Source: Eledone cirrhosa
Taxonomy: Eukaryota
Assembly (NCBI GenBank): GCA_964016885.1
Contig: OZ024743.1
Span: 318,990,001-319,054,000 of the forward strand
Direction of reading: 5' to 3'
DNA: 64,000 nucleotides
In this document: positions 14,335 through 27,672 of the stretch, piece by piece
Layout of the letters: each line of letters opens with the position of its first letter
Numbering within the stretch: the first letter of the stretch is position 1
Program-made: the position numbers and the translations under genes
The notes under the pieces: generated by a model
The model's input: only the letters and a program-made list of their open reading frames with translations
What the model was told of the DNA's origin: nothing
Databases searched by the model: none

Positions 14335-14530
14335 ATGTGTGTTGTATGTGGTCCTAGATGTATGTATTACTTGCCTGTGTGTTGTATGTGGTCCCAGATG
14401 TGTGTGCCACCTGCTTATGCATTGCATGTAGTCCCAGCTGTATGTATTAACTGCTTGTATGTTGTATGTAGTCCTAGATGTGTGTATTACCTGCTTATGT
14501 GTTGTATGTGGTCCTAGATGTTTGTACTAC
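14335..14530. repeat. ~40 bp minisatellite, about 5 copies
   Basis: Recurrent TGTTGTATGTGGTCCTAGATGTGTGTATTAC. Confidence 0.75.
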
Positions 14531-16822
14531 TCGCTTCTGTTTTTTCTATTCTTTTTTTTTTATTTGTAATATTATTTATACTATAGGGAATAAAATAGAT
14601 CTACATAGTGTTAACTCATTACGGTTGAGTCAATAATTTCAGACATGAAATACATTGTTATAGGTGATGGAAAGACAAGATTCTAACTGGCTGCGCTCAA
14701 AGTGTCCTTGACCCAGTTGACTGTGGGCTTTTCCATTTTTAGGATCAGCTGAAAGTTAGCATCAAAACAGCTGGGGTGTTAAACTCGCGATGGACTAGCA
14801 TTCCATCAAAGGAGGGCATTTTGTACTCTCAGTCATTTAACGCCAATTAAACAAAGATAAAAACCGGCCTGACGAGCTGAGACAGACTTTAGCTTTTTTT
14901 TTTGTAATGAAACTGATACTATATATGAGATGTCAACGAATTTAAAGGCCTACAAGTGCGAATCGATTGAGTGGAAACCTCTAGAATCAACTTCTACTGA
15001 AACACTGACAGTTAGCATATGTCAGTTTATAACCAGATTAGAAACTTTAATATGGCTATCGGTTGAAATCCTTAGAGATATTTTCAACAATCATTGAGAA
15101 AGATATGAATGTCATACGTCTATTTCATTCATGTATCCTATAAATTGGAGGTGTTGTCCACGAGTATGAAACTAATTATTTCTCACAGTAGTCGGGTTTA
15201 CCACAATATTATTGGGGCTGTGGCGTATCGTTCTTTTGTCGTTGAAGTGTTCTTGGATAGTAAGAAGAATCTTGAAGGTAAGCCAGCGGCAACCAGCAGA
15301 TTTTGTTGCCAGAATAAAAACATTCACTTTTACTGTTTAGTTGGAATCAGTAGTTCACAAACGGTAATCATTCGAGGAAACATATGTGTAAACAATGCAA
15401 GTCTTCAAAACAGTACATTCAAAGTGTTTACAAAGCTCGCTGAATGCCAAAACATTACTAGGCATTGGCAATTTTTGTGCATAGCTAATATAAGTGGTTC
15501 TTTTACATTGCAACCAAGAATAAAACATGGCTATTTGATTACATTGCTTCGTCGAATTGAAGTAGTTTGTTTCTAATTCATGGCTTTCTTTTTTGTAAGT
15601 AAAAGTACATTTTCTTTTGACTCTTTCATTGAATCTTTTCTTTTTTGTTAAATCTAATTTATTTCCAAAGAAAATAAACAGCAACGTTCACAGTTAAAGA
15701 CATATTGTCTCCTGTTTAAAAAAAAATTCTTTTACATCATAGCTTTGGTGATACAAACTAATTTACTAGAATAAGGAACAACTAATGATATATTAGGTCC
15801 TTTGCTGATTGATTTGGACATAATCAATAATTTAATAGATTGTACTTACTTCGATAAAAAAAAGAAACTATTTTCATGTTGGAATAACTTGTGCAAGTAT
15901 TGTAGTGTAAGTTGATCCATTTGAAATGTTTTAGCAGAAGTATAAAGTTTCCACCTGAAAGTGAACAACTTCCTTAAATCTAACAACAAGGCATTAAAGC
16001 TTGGAGTGTGAGAGGGAAGACAGATCAAGAAGCACTCTGCTGTCGATATTGTTTACATAATTTGATCTCCAGATAGCGGCGCACAAACATATGTTTCTTA
16101 AATGTATACCAGGCGATGAAGCAAAGAATTTCGAGTAAATCTACAATACTATTGCACTTTGTTATTAGATTAACCAAATTAAATTTGTTTTTTTCTGAAG
16201 TACTAAGATCCCATCTTCTGCTGGCAATTTTTCTTCTGTAACAATATTAATTAACACAATTTAGAAATTAATACAATAAAACTTTAAAGATGTTAGAATT
16301 TTAAGGCAAGGGTGAATATTATTTCTAGATGTGATGATAATATGGGCCGGTGTTTGTACAAATGGTATAGTAGACTGTACGGAGTCAATATATAACTGGT
16401 AATTATTTTATCCATCTTCTAGGTATGAAAGGCACAGACATCTTGGTTGAAATTAAATATCGAATTTATCGAATTAAAACGAAATGAAATTGTAATCTAA
16501 ATTTTGCCCTTTTTCAAAATAGTATAAGAAAAGACTGGAAATGATATCAATCAATGGTTAATATTGATTTTTCCAATTCAATTTTTGTCATAGCTCTTGC
16601 ATTAAAATGTTAATATTAACTTAACTATTGAATAATCTATGTATCATTTAATAAATTCTATAAAATATGAACCTGTAATTTACTGAGATCTATTTAATTA
16701 TTCCAATAATAATATATTTAGATGGCACAGCAGATAAGATATATAAAGAGACCAGACAGGCAAATAATATATATAGAGAAATGGGATAGCAAATAACATA
16801 TATATACAAAATGGGACACCAG

Positions 16823-16905
<83 letters not shown>

Positions 16906-16946
16906 TAACTGCTTTCTTATTCCTTTATATCTATCTATCTATCTAT

Positions 16947-17527
16947 CTAGGGCGGGTAAAATTCTCGAGATCCATGGACGAGTTCTCTCCAACGGTCTCT
17001 GTCCCTCATTATCGCTACCATATCCTGCGTCTCCAACAGACCAGTGTCTGTCTTTAGGGTATCAACATACGTTAACCTTGGTCTTCCTCTTCCAGTATGT
17101 CCATGTAGGGGCTCCCACAGGAGCACTGAGTGCAATGTCAACTCTGGATGTCGGTGAGCATGTCCAGCTAATCTCAGTCTCCCCTGTGTCGCTTTTGAGC
17201 TGACCTTTGGGAGGCTCCCATACAGCTCTGAGTTTTTCATCCTCAGTGTATACTGATTAATGTTCAGAGCCATCCTCAGCGTTCTCATGTAGCACCCATC
17301 CACCATCTGAATGAGTTTCTTGGTCAGTGTCCAAGTATCAGACCCGTACAGCAGCACAGACTCCACTACAGCAATGAAGAGGCGGATTTTCAGGTCTTTA
17401 CGAAGGTCCGACTTCCACACCGATCTCAAGCTGTGGCACGCCGCCCAGGTTTTGCTCTTCCTCGCAATCACATCATCTTCTGTATTCCCAATCTTTGCTC
17501 CCAAATGCAGGAAGTCCTCAACCAATT
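16947..17527 (-). mobile_element. 5'-truncated RTE-clade LINE, 3' end
   Basis: VESVLLYGSDTWTLTK...LRLAGHAHRH...LLWEP...GRGRPRLTYVD...RDRDRWR, with a (GATA)n tail at about 16926-16948. Confidence 0.85.
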
Positions 17528-17608
17528 CTAGCTACGGTTCTTATATATTTGATATATATTTTCCTCATCGAGCCCTCTTTGGATTTTAGTCTTCAATTTT
17601 ATTATTAT

Positions 17609-17720
<112 letters not shown>

Positions 17721-17910
17721 GAGACAACGGATAAGATATATATATAGAAATGGGACAGCACATAACATTATAAAGAAATGCGACAGCAAATGACATAAAA
17801 AATGAGACAGCAGATAACATATACAATATATAAAGTAAATGTAATATAAACCAGTACAACGTTATAGAAGTATCCAGTAGCTTGGATAACTATATATTTC
17901 AAATATACAC

Positions 17911-18104
17911 TAGACTTGTCAACACTCCGCGTCCGACGAGGAGATCTTCCATCCACTTTGGGGCGAGAGAGAGATGTTTTCTCTTGTGAAAAGGGGTATA
18001 GCTTTCATAATGTAAAATCTCCCCATTTTGCCTCATTTCTCCCCGTTTGGGGTCACTTCTTTCATGGTACTCCCCGTTTGGGTTTTTGGAGGTTGGCAGG
18101 TCTG
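17911..18104. mobile_element. ~195 bp MITE (hAT-like TIR CAGACCTGCCAAC)
   Basis: TIRs TAGACTTGTCAAC / GTTGGCAGGTCTG; second copy inverted at 35561-35755. Confidence 0.7.
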
Positions 18105-18323
18105 ATACACGGCGATGTATGGAAGATGAAACCGTAGTTGATACAAGAACTATAGAGATTAATATTAACAAGCAACTCATCCACATTCCATTTTGTACTG
18201 TATCATTACATGCACATAGATGTACCATTACATACATATAGATGCATTCATAATCGATTTTATCCTCTTCTCAAAATTAGACAATAAAATCATTGTTTTT
18301 CTGATTATGCTGTGTTTACAATT

Positions 18324-18491
18324 TTCTTCTTCTTCTTCTTCTTCTTCTTCTTCTTCTTCTTCTTCTTCTTCTTCTTCTTCTTCTTCTTCTTCTTCTTCTT
18401 CTTCTTCTTCTTCTTCTTCTTCTTCTTCTTCTTCTTCTTCTTCTTCTTCTTCTTCTTCTTCTTCTTCTTCTTCTTCTTCTTCTTCTTCTTC
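18324..18491. repeat. (TTC)n microsatellite
   Basis: Direct. Confidence 0.98.
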
Positions 18492-18929
18492 CACAATGAT
18501 GATAATAGTGGTGATAGTGATATAGCTAGATATAATATATAGTATATAGTTAGTACTGTTGTTGTTAGTGATGATAGTGATATAGCTAGATATAACATAT
18601 AGTATATAGTTTGTGGTATTGTTGTTAGTAGTGATAAAGATAAATTAGATATAGTATATAATATATAGTTAGTGAGGACAGTAATAAACTAAATATAGTA
18701 TATAGTCAGTGGTGTTGTTGTCAGTGGTGATAATGATAAACTAGATATGCATGCATGGTTCCGTAACCCCTGAGAGCGTCGTAGGGGCACCGTATTGACA
18801 TTGGATGTTTCTTAGGGCATTTTAAAACTTGGTGAAGTCCATCTACTCTCCATTGGTGAATACAGCAGATTTTTTTCAGAGAAGGTTAACGAAAGTGAGA
18901 GAATGGAAGGGAGAAAGATATATTGAGAC

Positions 18930-20360
18930 TTGCTCGGGAGACGGGCTCCTACGCTTCGAGGTTCGTAGATGTTGTCGGACGGATATGATGCGACATTCAA
19001 ATGCTGTCTGGGCTGATGTTAGGCCTCTGCCTCCCTGCTTACGTTTCAAGTGAAGGCGGTCTATGTCACTGTTGATGTGGAAGTTTCCGGTGTTGTTTAG
19101 TACTTTTCTAGTTCTAACATCATTTGCTCGGATTTCGTCTATCGTCCAATCGAGTATTCCAAATGTTGGTGTTAGGACAGGCACAGCAAACACATTGTGA
19201 GCCACTGTTTTGTTGTGCACAGACAGTTCCGATGACCATAATTTTCTTAATCGGGTGTAGTATTCCCTGGTTACGCGTTCCTTATTACAGATACCATTAT
19301 AGGATAGGTTCTCATCTGTAGCAGTCCTCATCAGATATCGGTGAAACAGTTAGGCCATTGATGACAATGTTGCTAGATTGGGTTGTTGTTTTTCCCCGCT
19401 TTACAGTCATATATGAGCATTTATCTTGGCCAAACTCCATTCCTATATCCTTTGAGAACGTTATAACCAGGTCAAGATTTTTCTTCATCCCAATCATGTT
19501 CTTGGCATAGAGTTTCAGGTCATCCACAAAGAAATTATGGGTTAGGTTCGTATTTCTGTCCTCCTGTGAGCCAATGATGTATCCTTCACATTTGTTGAGC
19601 AGAAAGAACAAGGGGTTTAATGACAGGATAAATAATATCACAGAAAGACTGTCTCCTTGAAATACACCCCTGTGATATTTTATTTTATCAGTGAAAATAG
19701 AGTCCGCCTTCTCTGTCTTTAACTTTAGGATAGTAGCCCAAGAAGAAGACAGCCTCTCTATGGCCTGACAATAATGTCTGGAACTTTAACAAGTCGGAAG
19801 CCTCTATCATCAAAGTGTGGGGAACAGAATCGAAAGCTTGCCTGTAGTCCAGCCAGACTGTAGCCATATTCCTCCTAAGTTGTCGCACCTCCGACATCGC
19901 AGTTTTGTTGATTAGGAGTTGTTCAGCACATCCCCAAACTCCTTTCTTTTCAGCCGCTTCATCTGTGATGATGTTATTATTTTCACAGCATAGTTACGTA
20001 CCTTTACGATCTGAGTTCAAATCCCGCCGAGGTTAACTTTGCCTTTCATCCTTACAGGGTCGATAAAATAAAGTACCAGTAATGTACTGGGTAATTGCTG
20101 GCCTTGTGCCAAATGTAGAAACAATTATTTTCACAGTGATCTTGGAGGAATAGTTTCAAGCAGGCTGTATACATCTTATACATCAGGTTCTGGCATGCAA
20201 TGGGTCGGTAGTTTTTTGCCAAGTGGGTGTCTTTGTTGTTGGGGACCAGTAATGTTCGTGCTAATGTCAACCATTCTGGTATAAGTGTATCTCCCTTAAG
20301 AACTAGTCGGTAGAAGTCGGTAAGATACTTCCGATAGAATATCAGTTTTTTGTACCCCAA
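18930..20360 (-). mobile_element. Degenerate R4/Dong-like non-LTR retrotransposon RT region
   Basis: NYRPIACQN, VWLDYRQAFDSVPH, GVFQGDSLS, FFVDDLKLYA, FSKDIGMEFGQDKC, SDIDRLHLKRKQGGRGL across frameshifted ORFs. Confidence 0.85.
19989..20123 (+). mobile_element. 5'-truncated SINE family B inserted in the R4-like LINE
   Basis: GAGTTCAAATCCCGCCGAGG...GCCTTTCATCC...GGTCGATAAAA; 13 bp TSD ATTATTTTCACAG at 19976-19988 and 20124-20136. Confidence 0.85.
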
Positions 20361-20379
20361 AATGTATGTATGTATGTAT

Positions 20380-20645
20380 GTTATCTCTTTCTCTTAATTT
20401 CGAGTATATTTTTTTGACCGGCCACCTTCCCGGTGGCAAGGTTGTAAAAGAAAAGAAATTGTCATCCCTTGAATCGCAAGAATGTTTTGCAAATTTTGAA
20501 GGTGCCAGCTATCGCAGCCATTTGTAGACTATGAATTAGGGAACTGCGCTGTTTGTCCGCAAATCCAAGTTCAGTCATACTTTGGTCCAAGCGGGTTGGT
20601 ATATAACCCGTAGCTCCAATAATGATGGGTATGAAGCTAAAGGTG
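20380..20645 (-). mobile_element. R4/Dong-like element 3' end (RLE C-terminus plus 3' UTR)
   Basis: PIIIGATGYIP...LQMAAIAGTFKICKTFL stop, then a short UTR ending in (CATA)n; (CATA)n on both sides. Confidence 0.7.
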
Positions 20646-20892
20646 TATGTATGTATGTATGTATGTATGTATGTATGTATGTATGTATGTATGTATGTAT
20701 GTAGAGAATATATATATATTTGACATACTTTGTCCTGATAAAAAATGTCCTTGTTTCGCTTGACAATGGTCTGCACATTTTGTTGGTAAGGATAAATTAT
20801 GTAAAAAGTATTATTGTAAATAAACCTTAAAGGCTCCAATTGCATTTTCAACTTACTTTTTCCTACACACACATACACATATATATATATTT

Positions 20893-20966
<74 letters not shown>

Positions 20967-21229
20967 GTGCGTGTGTGTGTAAATAATAAATGATATATTT
21001 ATAGAAGTCAGACAAAATGTTCTGTATGCTCGTTAATAACATCCTATCCCGACATATGATCGTTTAGAATTTGAGACTTGCAATATCATATTGTATTCTT
21101 ATGTATCACAAGACACCTGCAAACTGTGGTAAAAGAACTCTAGGATCATAAAATCATTCACGCAACTCAGAGATTTTTTCTTCTTAGGGTTCTTCTACAG
21201 GTTTTTGATATAAAATATATTATATTGTT

Positions 21230-21735
21230 TTCTTCTTCTTCTTCTTCTTCTTCTTCTTCTTCTTCTTCTTCTTCTTCTTCTTCTTCTTCTTCTTCTTCTT
21301 CTTCTTCTTCTTCTTCTTCTTCTTCTTCTTCTTCTTCTTCTTCTTCGGAGGGCCGTGGAGGCAGATTCCTCAAGCATTCCTTCCAGCGGGTCTGTCAGTA
21401 GCAACCGTCTCCAGTTGATCCGACTGAATCCCCAAGTAAGACCAGCCGATCTCATGGATGTTTTCCAACAATCTTGCTCGGGGTCTACCACTGGGTCTCC
21501 TGTTGGTTGGTTTTGCTCTTAAAATCTGCCCAGAGATTCTTTCCTGAGACATTCTAATCACCTACTCGGAATTTCGGAGCTGTGATCTCTCAATTCGGAG
21601 AAGTAGCCGCTCTTCCTGGAGCGATTCTCTGATATCCGAGCTACGCACTCTATCGAGTGACATTACACGTAGGACCCTTCGGCGGAACGTCATTTCAGTC
21701 ACTTGTATTCGCGATCGTATTCTTTTGGTCATTAC
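21230..21735 (-). mobile_element. RTE (Expander-like) LINE 3' fragment with (GAA)n tail
   Basis: RIRSRIQVTEMTFRRRV...DRVRSSDIRESL...LLRIERSQLR...RRPSGRPRAR; (TTC)n at 21230-21346. Confidence 0.8.
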
Positions 21736-22239
21736 AATTTTATATTTATAAATGTTATTAAGAATTCTAATGAAACAATTCTGCAACTGCAATTATAATC
21801 TCTACTTTAAAAAAAAATGAAAAAAAAAAAAATAAATAAATAAAATAAAATAAAAATAAAATAAAGCATTATATCTTAAGCATCATTTGTTTGTATGTTT
21901 TACTGTCAGAGTCTTGTGAAATAATATGGCATGCTATCTTTATTATGCGTTAAAATTACTTATTTATCAAGTAGATAAGAGTTGATATCTACAATTAAAG
22001 GAAACGAAAGGAAACAATCTGCTGCAATAATCTCAGAACATTTAGAATTGTAATTGATATTGAAAACAACTGTTTCAGTGAGAGGATTGAAGTTAGCAAC
22101 GTTTAGATGAGAGACAAGGTTATACTGCTACGGGTAATAGAGATGGAGGCAAATTACTGTATCTAGAACTGATATTCAAGTCTTGAACTCTAGTTTGTGG
22201 AGAACATGCCTCAACACTGTGTACTATTTGCTAGATATA

Positions 22240-22670
22240 AGGGCAGTGGATTGGTAGTATCGGTAGAGCATAGGAAAACATGCTTTGCGGCATATAGTTA
22301 AGGCACTTTACATTCTGAGTTCAAATTTCACTGAGGCTAGCTTGGCATTTCATCGTTACGGGGTTCGGTAAAATAAAGCACCAGTAATGCACTGGGGTCG
22401 ATATAATTGAACCCCCCCCCCAATTGCTGACCTTGTGCCTATAGTAGAAATCATTATTTGCTAGATATCAGGGTAGGGGATTGGCAGAGTCACTAGAGCG
22501 TCGGGAAAATGTCTAGTAGTATTTGTTCTGGCTCTTTTACTACTGAGTTCAAATCTCACCGATGCTAACTTTGTCCGTCATCCTTCTGAATAAGTATTGA
22601 CGCTAATATAATCGATTTCCACAATCAGCACAAATTGCTGGTATTGTGATTTTATTAGAAATCATTATTT
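22240..22670 (+). mobile_element. Two tandem SINE family B copies
   Basis: Two heads GGGC(A/T)GTGGATTGG...GAGTTCAAAT; TATTTGCTAGATAT duplicated around the first copy. Confidence 0.75.
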
Positions 22671-23177
22671 GCTTGATATCCCAATAACTAAAGCAATAGT
22701 TTGTCGAATTTTCTGCTTGCATTCAACACCACTTGAGCACTTCACAGGAAATAAAGTAATCAAAATACATCTTTGGGATCGCTTGATCTGAAGGAATCAC
22801 CAGTGAAACCAATCTCAAATCACACACTACTGTGTGAAAAAAAAAGCAGGATGATTTAAATGATGCTGTGCTAGATATATATGAAAATATGTGATGGTCG
22901 CTTGGTACTACAGTACTACAATACTCAGATAATATATATTTTAGATACACGATATCTGAAAAAAGAAAATACAGATAATCACAGCTGGAACACATTTGAA
23001 CGTAGGTCCGCCCAATCAGGGAAAGTTAACAGCAACAACCTCAGGAGCGGGCTGATTTAACTTTGGGCTAAAACCTGACATTTGTATAATAAATGAAAAT
23101 ACATAATAATACAATTATATACGTATATATATGCTTATACAGGTTTTTGATATAATATACGTGTATATTATATTGTT

Positions 23178-23530
23178 TTCTTCTTCTTCTTCTTCTTCTT
23201 CTTCTTCTTCTTCTTCTTCTTCTTCTTCTTCTTCTTCTTCTTCTTCTTCTTCTTCTTCTTCTTCTTCTTCTTCAACCTCTTATTCTTGGGAATGCCGTGG
23301 GAGTACAGTCCTCAAACACACCTTCAAGCGAGTCCTGTCAGGATCAGGCGTCTCCAAATGATCCGGCAGGGTCCCCAAATGAGACCAACCGAGCTTATAG
23401 ATGCGATCCAACCATCTTGCTCGGGGTCTATCCCCGGGTCTCCTGCCGATTGGTTTTCCCCATAACATTTGTCCAGTGGTCCTTTCCTTAGAAATTCTAA
23501 CAACATGTGACTCCTTGATATCCGAGTTAC
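23178..23530 (-). mobile_element. RTE LINE 3' fragment with (GAA)n tail
   Basis: KPIGRRPGDRPRARWLDRI; homologous to 21350-21560. Confidence 0.75.
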
Positions 23531-23852
23531 ACACACACACAAGTCTTGATATCACTTGTAACTCAAGTTGCACGTGACAATCCTGTTCATAAATATATCT
23601 AAATACCACATATTGCTGGTATAAATATTAAATTAAACGTGTTTAATTTAATATTTATAAGTATACGTTGAATCATCATAAAAGCTATGGTGAGGGTACA
23701 AGAGTACGCGTGTCTGTAGAATGCAGAACCACTTGCACATTAATTGGAACAGCTGGCTGTTTCATTGATCGAATCATATAGAACAAAAGTGATGAAAAGA
23801 CCTAATACTATGTATGTATGTATGTATGTATGTATGTATGTATGTATGTATG

Positions 23853-23883
<31 letters not shown>

Positions 23884-25725
23884 GTCAGGTCACCAGTTGG
23901 TGCTACTGGTAACATGTATCCCAGTACAACCTGTCTCATGGTCGGGTCGTTGGCGACTAAACTGGCAACCCCACCAAGGTTTCTTGGTGAGGAGGGTGAC
24001 TTTGGACATCCTGCAGGACTAAAAGCAAAACCTGTCAAAGGGCAAAGGAGCTCTTGAGAGTCAATGGCCATCCAAAATCACCGGTAGAGATGACCCCTTA
24101 GCCTTTGTCAAGGCAGAATTCTAGGAGAAGGAAAACTCTGATATAACCCCTGCAACCCTGATGGTATCCAATGATGTTGACTTGTTCTTCTTTTTGGTAA
24201 ATATCATCTTGGTTAAGAGAGTGGGACTGGCTTTGTGCAGTGCCTTTGCTCACTATAAAAGCTTCACGGCACAGGCATTGCTTTATATCTGGAGATCTCT
24301 CTGCACTTGTCGTCACGTGGTGCAATGGGCCCAGCACTATGTGTCAATGGTTGTCACAGGTGTAGTGTTTGTACCAGAGTTTTCAAGTCGCTGGCTGGAC
24401 TAAAAAGTCACACTCGTTCAGCGCATCGGTAGGGGTTCTCCTACATGGATATAAAGTAGTGGCCGTACTCGAAAACGAGTTGGCAGCCACCATGTATACA
24501 TATATATGTGTATGTATGTATGTATGTATGTATGTATGTATGTATGTATGTATATATCCGGGAGAGATGACCCCTTAGCCTTGTCAAGGTAGAATTCTAG
24601 GAGAAGGAAAACTCTGATATAACACCTGAAACCCTGATGGTATCCAATGATGTTGACTTGTTCTTCTTTTTGGTAAATATCATCTTGGTTAAGAGAGTGG
24701 GACTGGCTTTGTGCAGTGCCTTTGTTCACTATAAAAGCTTCACGGCACAGGCATTGCTTTGTATCTGGAGATCTCTCTGCACTTGTCGTCACGTGGTGCC
24801 ATGGGCCCAGCACTATGTGTCAATGATTGTCACAGGTGTAGTGTTTATACCAGAGTTTTCAAGTCGCTGGCTGGACTAAAAATCACACTTGTTCAACGCA
24901 TCGGTAGGAGTTCTCCTACATGGATATAAAGTAGTGGCCGTACTCGAAAACGAGTTGGCAGCCACCATGTATGTATGTATGTATGTATGTATGTATGTAT
25001 GTATGTATGTATGTATGTATGTATGTATGTCAGGTCACCAGTTGGTGCTACTGGTAACATGTATCCCAGTACAACCTGTCCCATGGTCGGGTCGTTGGCG
25101 ACTAAACTGCAACCCCACCAAGGTTCTTGGTGAGGAGGGTGACTTTGGACATCCTGCAGGACTAAAAAAAAAACCTGTCAATCGGGCAAGGGAGCTCTTA
25201 AGAGTCAATGGCCATCTAAAATCACCGGGAGAGATGACCCCTTAGCCTTTGTCAAGGCAGAATTCTAGGAGAAGGAAAACTCTGATATAACACCTGCAGC
25301 CCTGATGGTATCCAATGATACTGACTTGTTCTTCTTTTTGTCCCTGCAGGACAAAAAACAAAACCTGACAAAGGGCGGAAGAAATCGTAAGAGTCAACGG
25401 CCATCCAAAAGTGTGTAAATATTTTTCTGCATATGTACATATGTATATGCGCGGGGACATAGAAATAGTCGGGCTGGACACCCGATCGCGCGGTTAAACC
25501 ACTGGGAGTGAAGGACTCCTAGCCTTTGTCAGGGCATTCTTCTAGGAGAAGGCAACTCAGGAAACTGGGAAAACTCCGATATAAAACCTGCGGCTCAGTA
25601 GTTACCGATGATGTTGATATTTTCTTCTTTTCGGGTTATAGCTACTGTCGTTCAGAGAGTGGGATTGACTCAGTGCACAGTCTTTCCTCACTTTAAACAA
25701 TATCTTCACGCACAGGCATTGCTCG
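23884..25725 (+). mobile_element. Tandem array of a (TATG)n-tailed non-autonomous element: full 23884-24491, 5'-truncated 24558-24966, 3'-truncated 25029-25410, diverged relative about 25450-25725
   Basis: Head-to-tail near-identical copies separated by (TATG)n. Confidence 0.8.
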
Positions 25726-25886
25726 ATAGAATTAATGAATAATTATTAATAATGGTATATCATGCAATGGCATTACTCGTTATCGAGGGGCCAGCCATCA
25801 ACGTGTATGTATGTATGTATTATGTAAGGATGGATGATGGAAGCACCTCTTTCTCTTTCTCTCAATTTTTCTCACTCTGTCACTTT

Positions 25887-25933
<47 letters not shown>

Positions 25934-26904
25934 ATACAGACTCTTAGTTATACATGTACTACAGGTATATGATTTCCAAAGTATATCAGGAAGTTCTGAA
26001 ATTACGAGTTATTTTTAATTTTTAATAACGAGACTGGAGACTGATATAGTTTACATTTCCATCATATATCTCCGATATTTGTATTACACCGTTTACGCCA
26101 ATCCTTTTGAACCCAACCTACAGTTACTTTATCGTATATAATAGATAAATACCATCCTTACCACCCACTGTATAAACCTACTCTTTGGCCTGTCTTGCTT
26201 ATGTTACATTCTCTCATATATTTCAACATGTTTCACTTCCCACTTCGAAGTCTGTGACCCCAATTTCCAAATTTAGCTACTATCTTTTATTTTAGCTAAA
26301 CAAAAATCCCTTGCGTCTATACTCTTGTCATTACGTATGCTTTCTAACATAGAACACATGTTGAAAAATAACTTATGAAGTTATTGAAAAATAAGAGCGC
26401 AAAATATTTCTATCTTACATACATTGTTTTGAATACACCATGAGCGGTGGAACTGACCGGGGTGGGGGGTAGGGTGTATACCCCCTCTCAATAATTATGT
26501 ATATTTTCTCCCCAAACTACCAAAACACATATATTTGTATATGCGCTACAATTTATGTACATGTTATGTTTATCACATACAGACGTTTTTTTATATCTTG
26601 GTTGATATTTGATAATAACAATTAAACTAATCACTACAACTAAATTGACCAAATTTTCTCCCCACCCCACCCACTTCAGAAATGCTTCCACCGTACACGA
26701 TATACTTTTGTCGTTGTTACAGCTCACACAAAGGAGCTTTAGCTAAATTCCTACGGAATTGCCTCGCTTGGTACGTTAGTCGTGTATTTTCATGATAGAT
26801 ACTCTGTTCTATCATGAAAAGCAACATGAAATGAAACGTCTTCTTCAAGGTAAACACGCACGACCCGGTCTAGAAATCAAACACATGACTTAATTTTTTT
26901 GAGT

Positions 26905-27125
26905 CTAATGGGATTGGTAATATCGGTAGAGCGTCGGACAACATACTGCATGGCATAGAGTTACGTCCCTTTACATTCAGAGTTCAAATCCCTCCCGAGG
27001 TTAGCTTTGCCTTTCATCTTTATGGGATCGATCAAATAAAGGACCAGTAACGCACTGGAGTCGATTTAATCGACTTTTCCATTCCCTTCAAATTGCTGGT
27101 CTTGTGCCTAAATCAGAAAGCATTA
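26905..27125 (+). mobile_element. SINE family B
   Basis: GGATTGGTAATATCGGTAGAGCG, GAGTTCAAATCCC, GCCTTTCATC, tail AATTGCTGGTCTTGTGCC. Confidence 0.8.
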
Positions 27126-27394
27126 TTTTGAATCTAACATCCTAACCATTAGGCCAAATGCTCTCACTTTTGATACCATTACCTGCGAAAAACACCATTC
27201 TTTTGTTGATCGTTATTTTCAATAAACATTCTCCCAGTACATAACTGACCAAAGGATAAAATGTTTTGTTATAGGAGTTTCACTATTTACCGTCACTATT
27301 TGGTAATCTGCCAACATACGCCATAAGAGTTATTGATTGATAACGCTCAATCACGCTCACCTAGAAAGATGACATACTTCATATATCTAAAAAG

Positions 27395-27672
27395 TCTAAA
27401 GTCTGTCTCGAGCCCAGAGACTCATCAGGCTGGTGCTTATCCCACTTTCCGTGGTGTTAAGCGGCCGAGAGTACAAGACTCCATTACTCCGGACAGAACG
27501 CCTGTCCATCGCAGGGTTAATCTCCCAGCTAATGATGGTACTCATTTTCAGTCGAGTATACTGGAGCAGCAACGCGAAATGAAGTATTTGCTGAAGAACA
27601 CAACATAAAACCCAGTCCAGGAATCGAACCCACGACATTATGATCGTAAGTCCAACACTCTTACCCCCAGGC
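27395..27672 (-). mobile_element. tRNA-derived SINE, third family
   Basis: Reverse complement has B box GGTTCGATTCC and a CORE-like segment; body related to 14700-14890(+). Confidence 0.6.

Noticed and set aside
16150-16240. PDI-like peptide EEKLPAEDGILVL on the minus strand
   Set aside because: No thioredoxin WCGHC motif follows in any frame I read; the similarity is too short
17899-18237. ORF resembling a secreted neuropeptide precursor (hydrophobic N-terminus, RR/KR sites)
   Set aside because: Everything after the hydrophobic stretch is the 17911-18104 MITE, which has a second copy at 35561-35755
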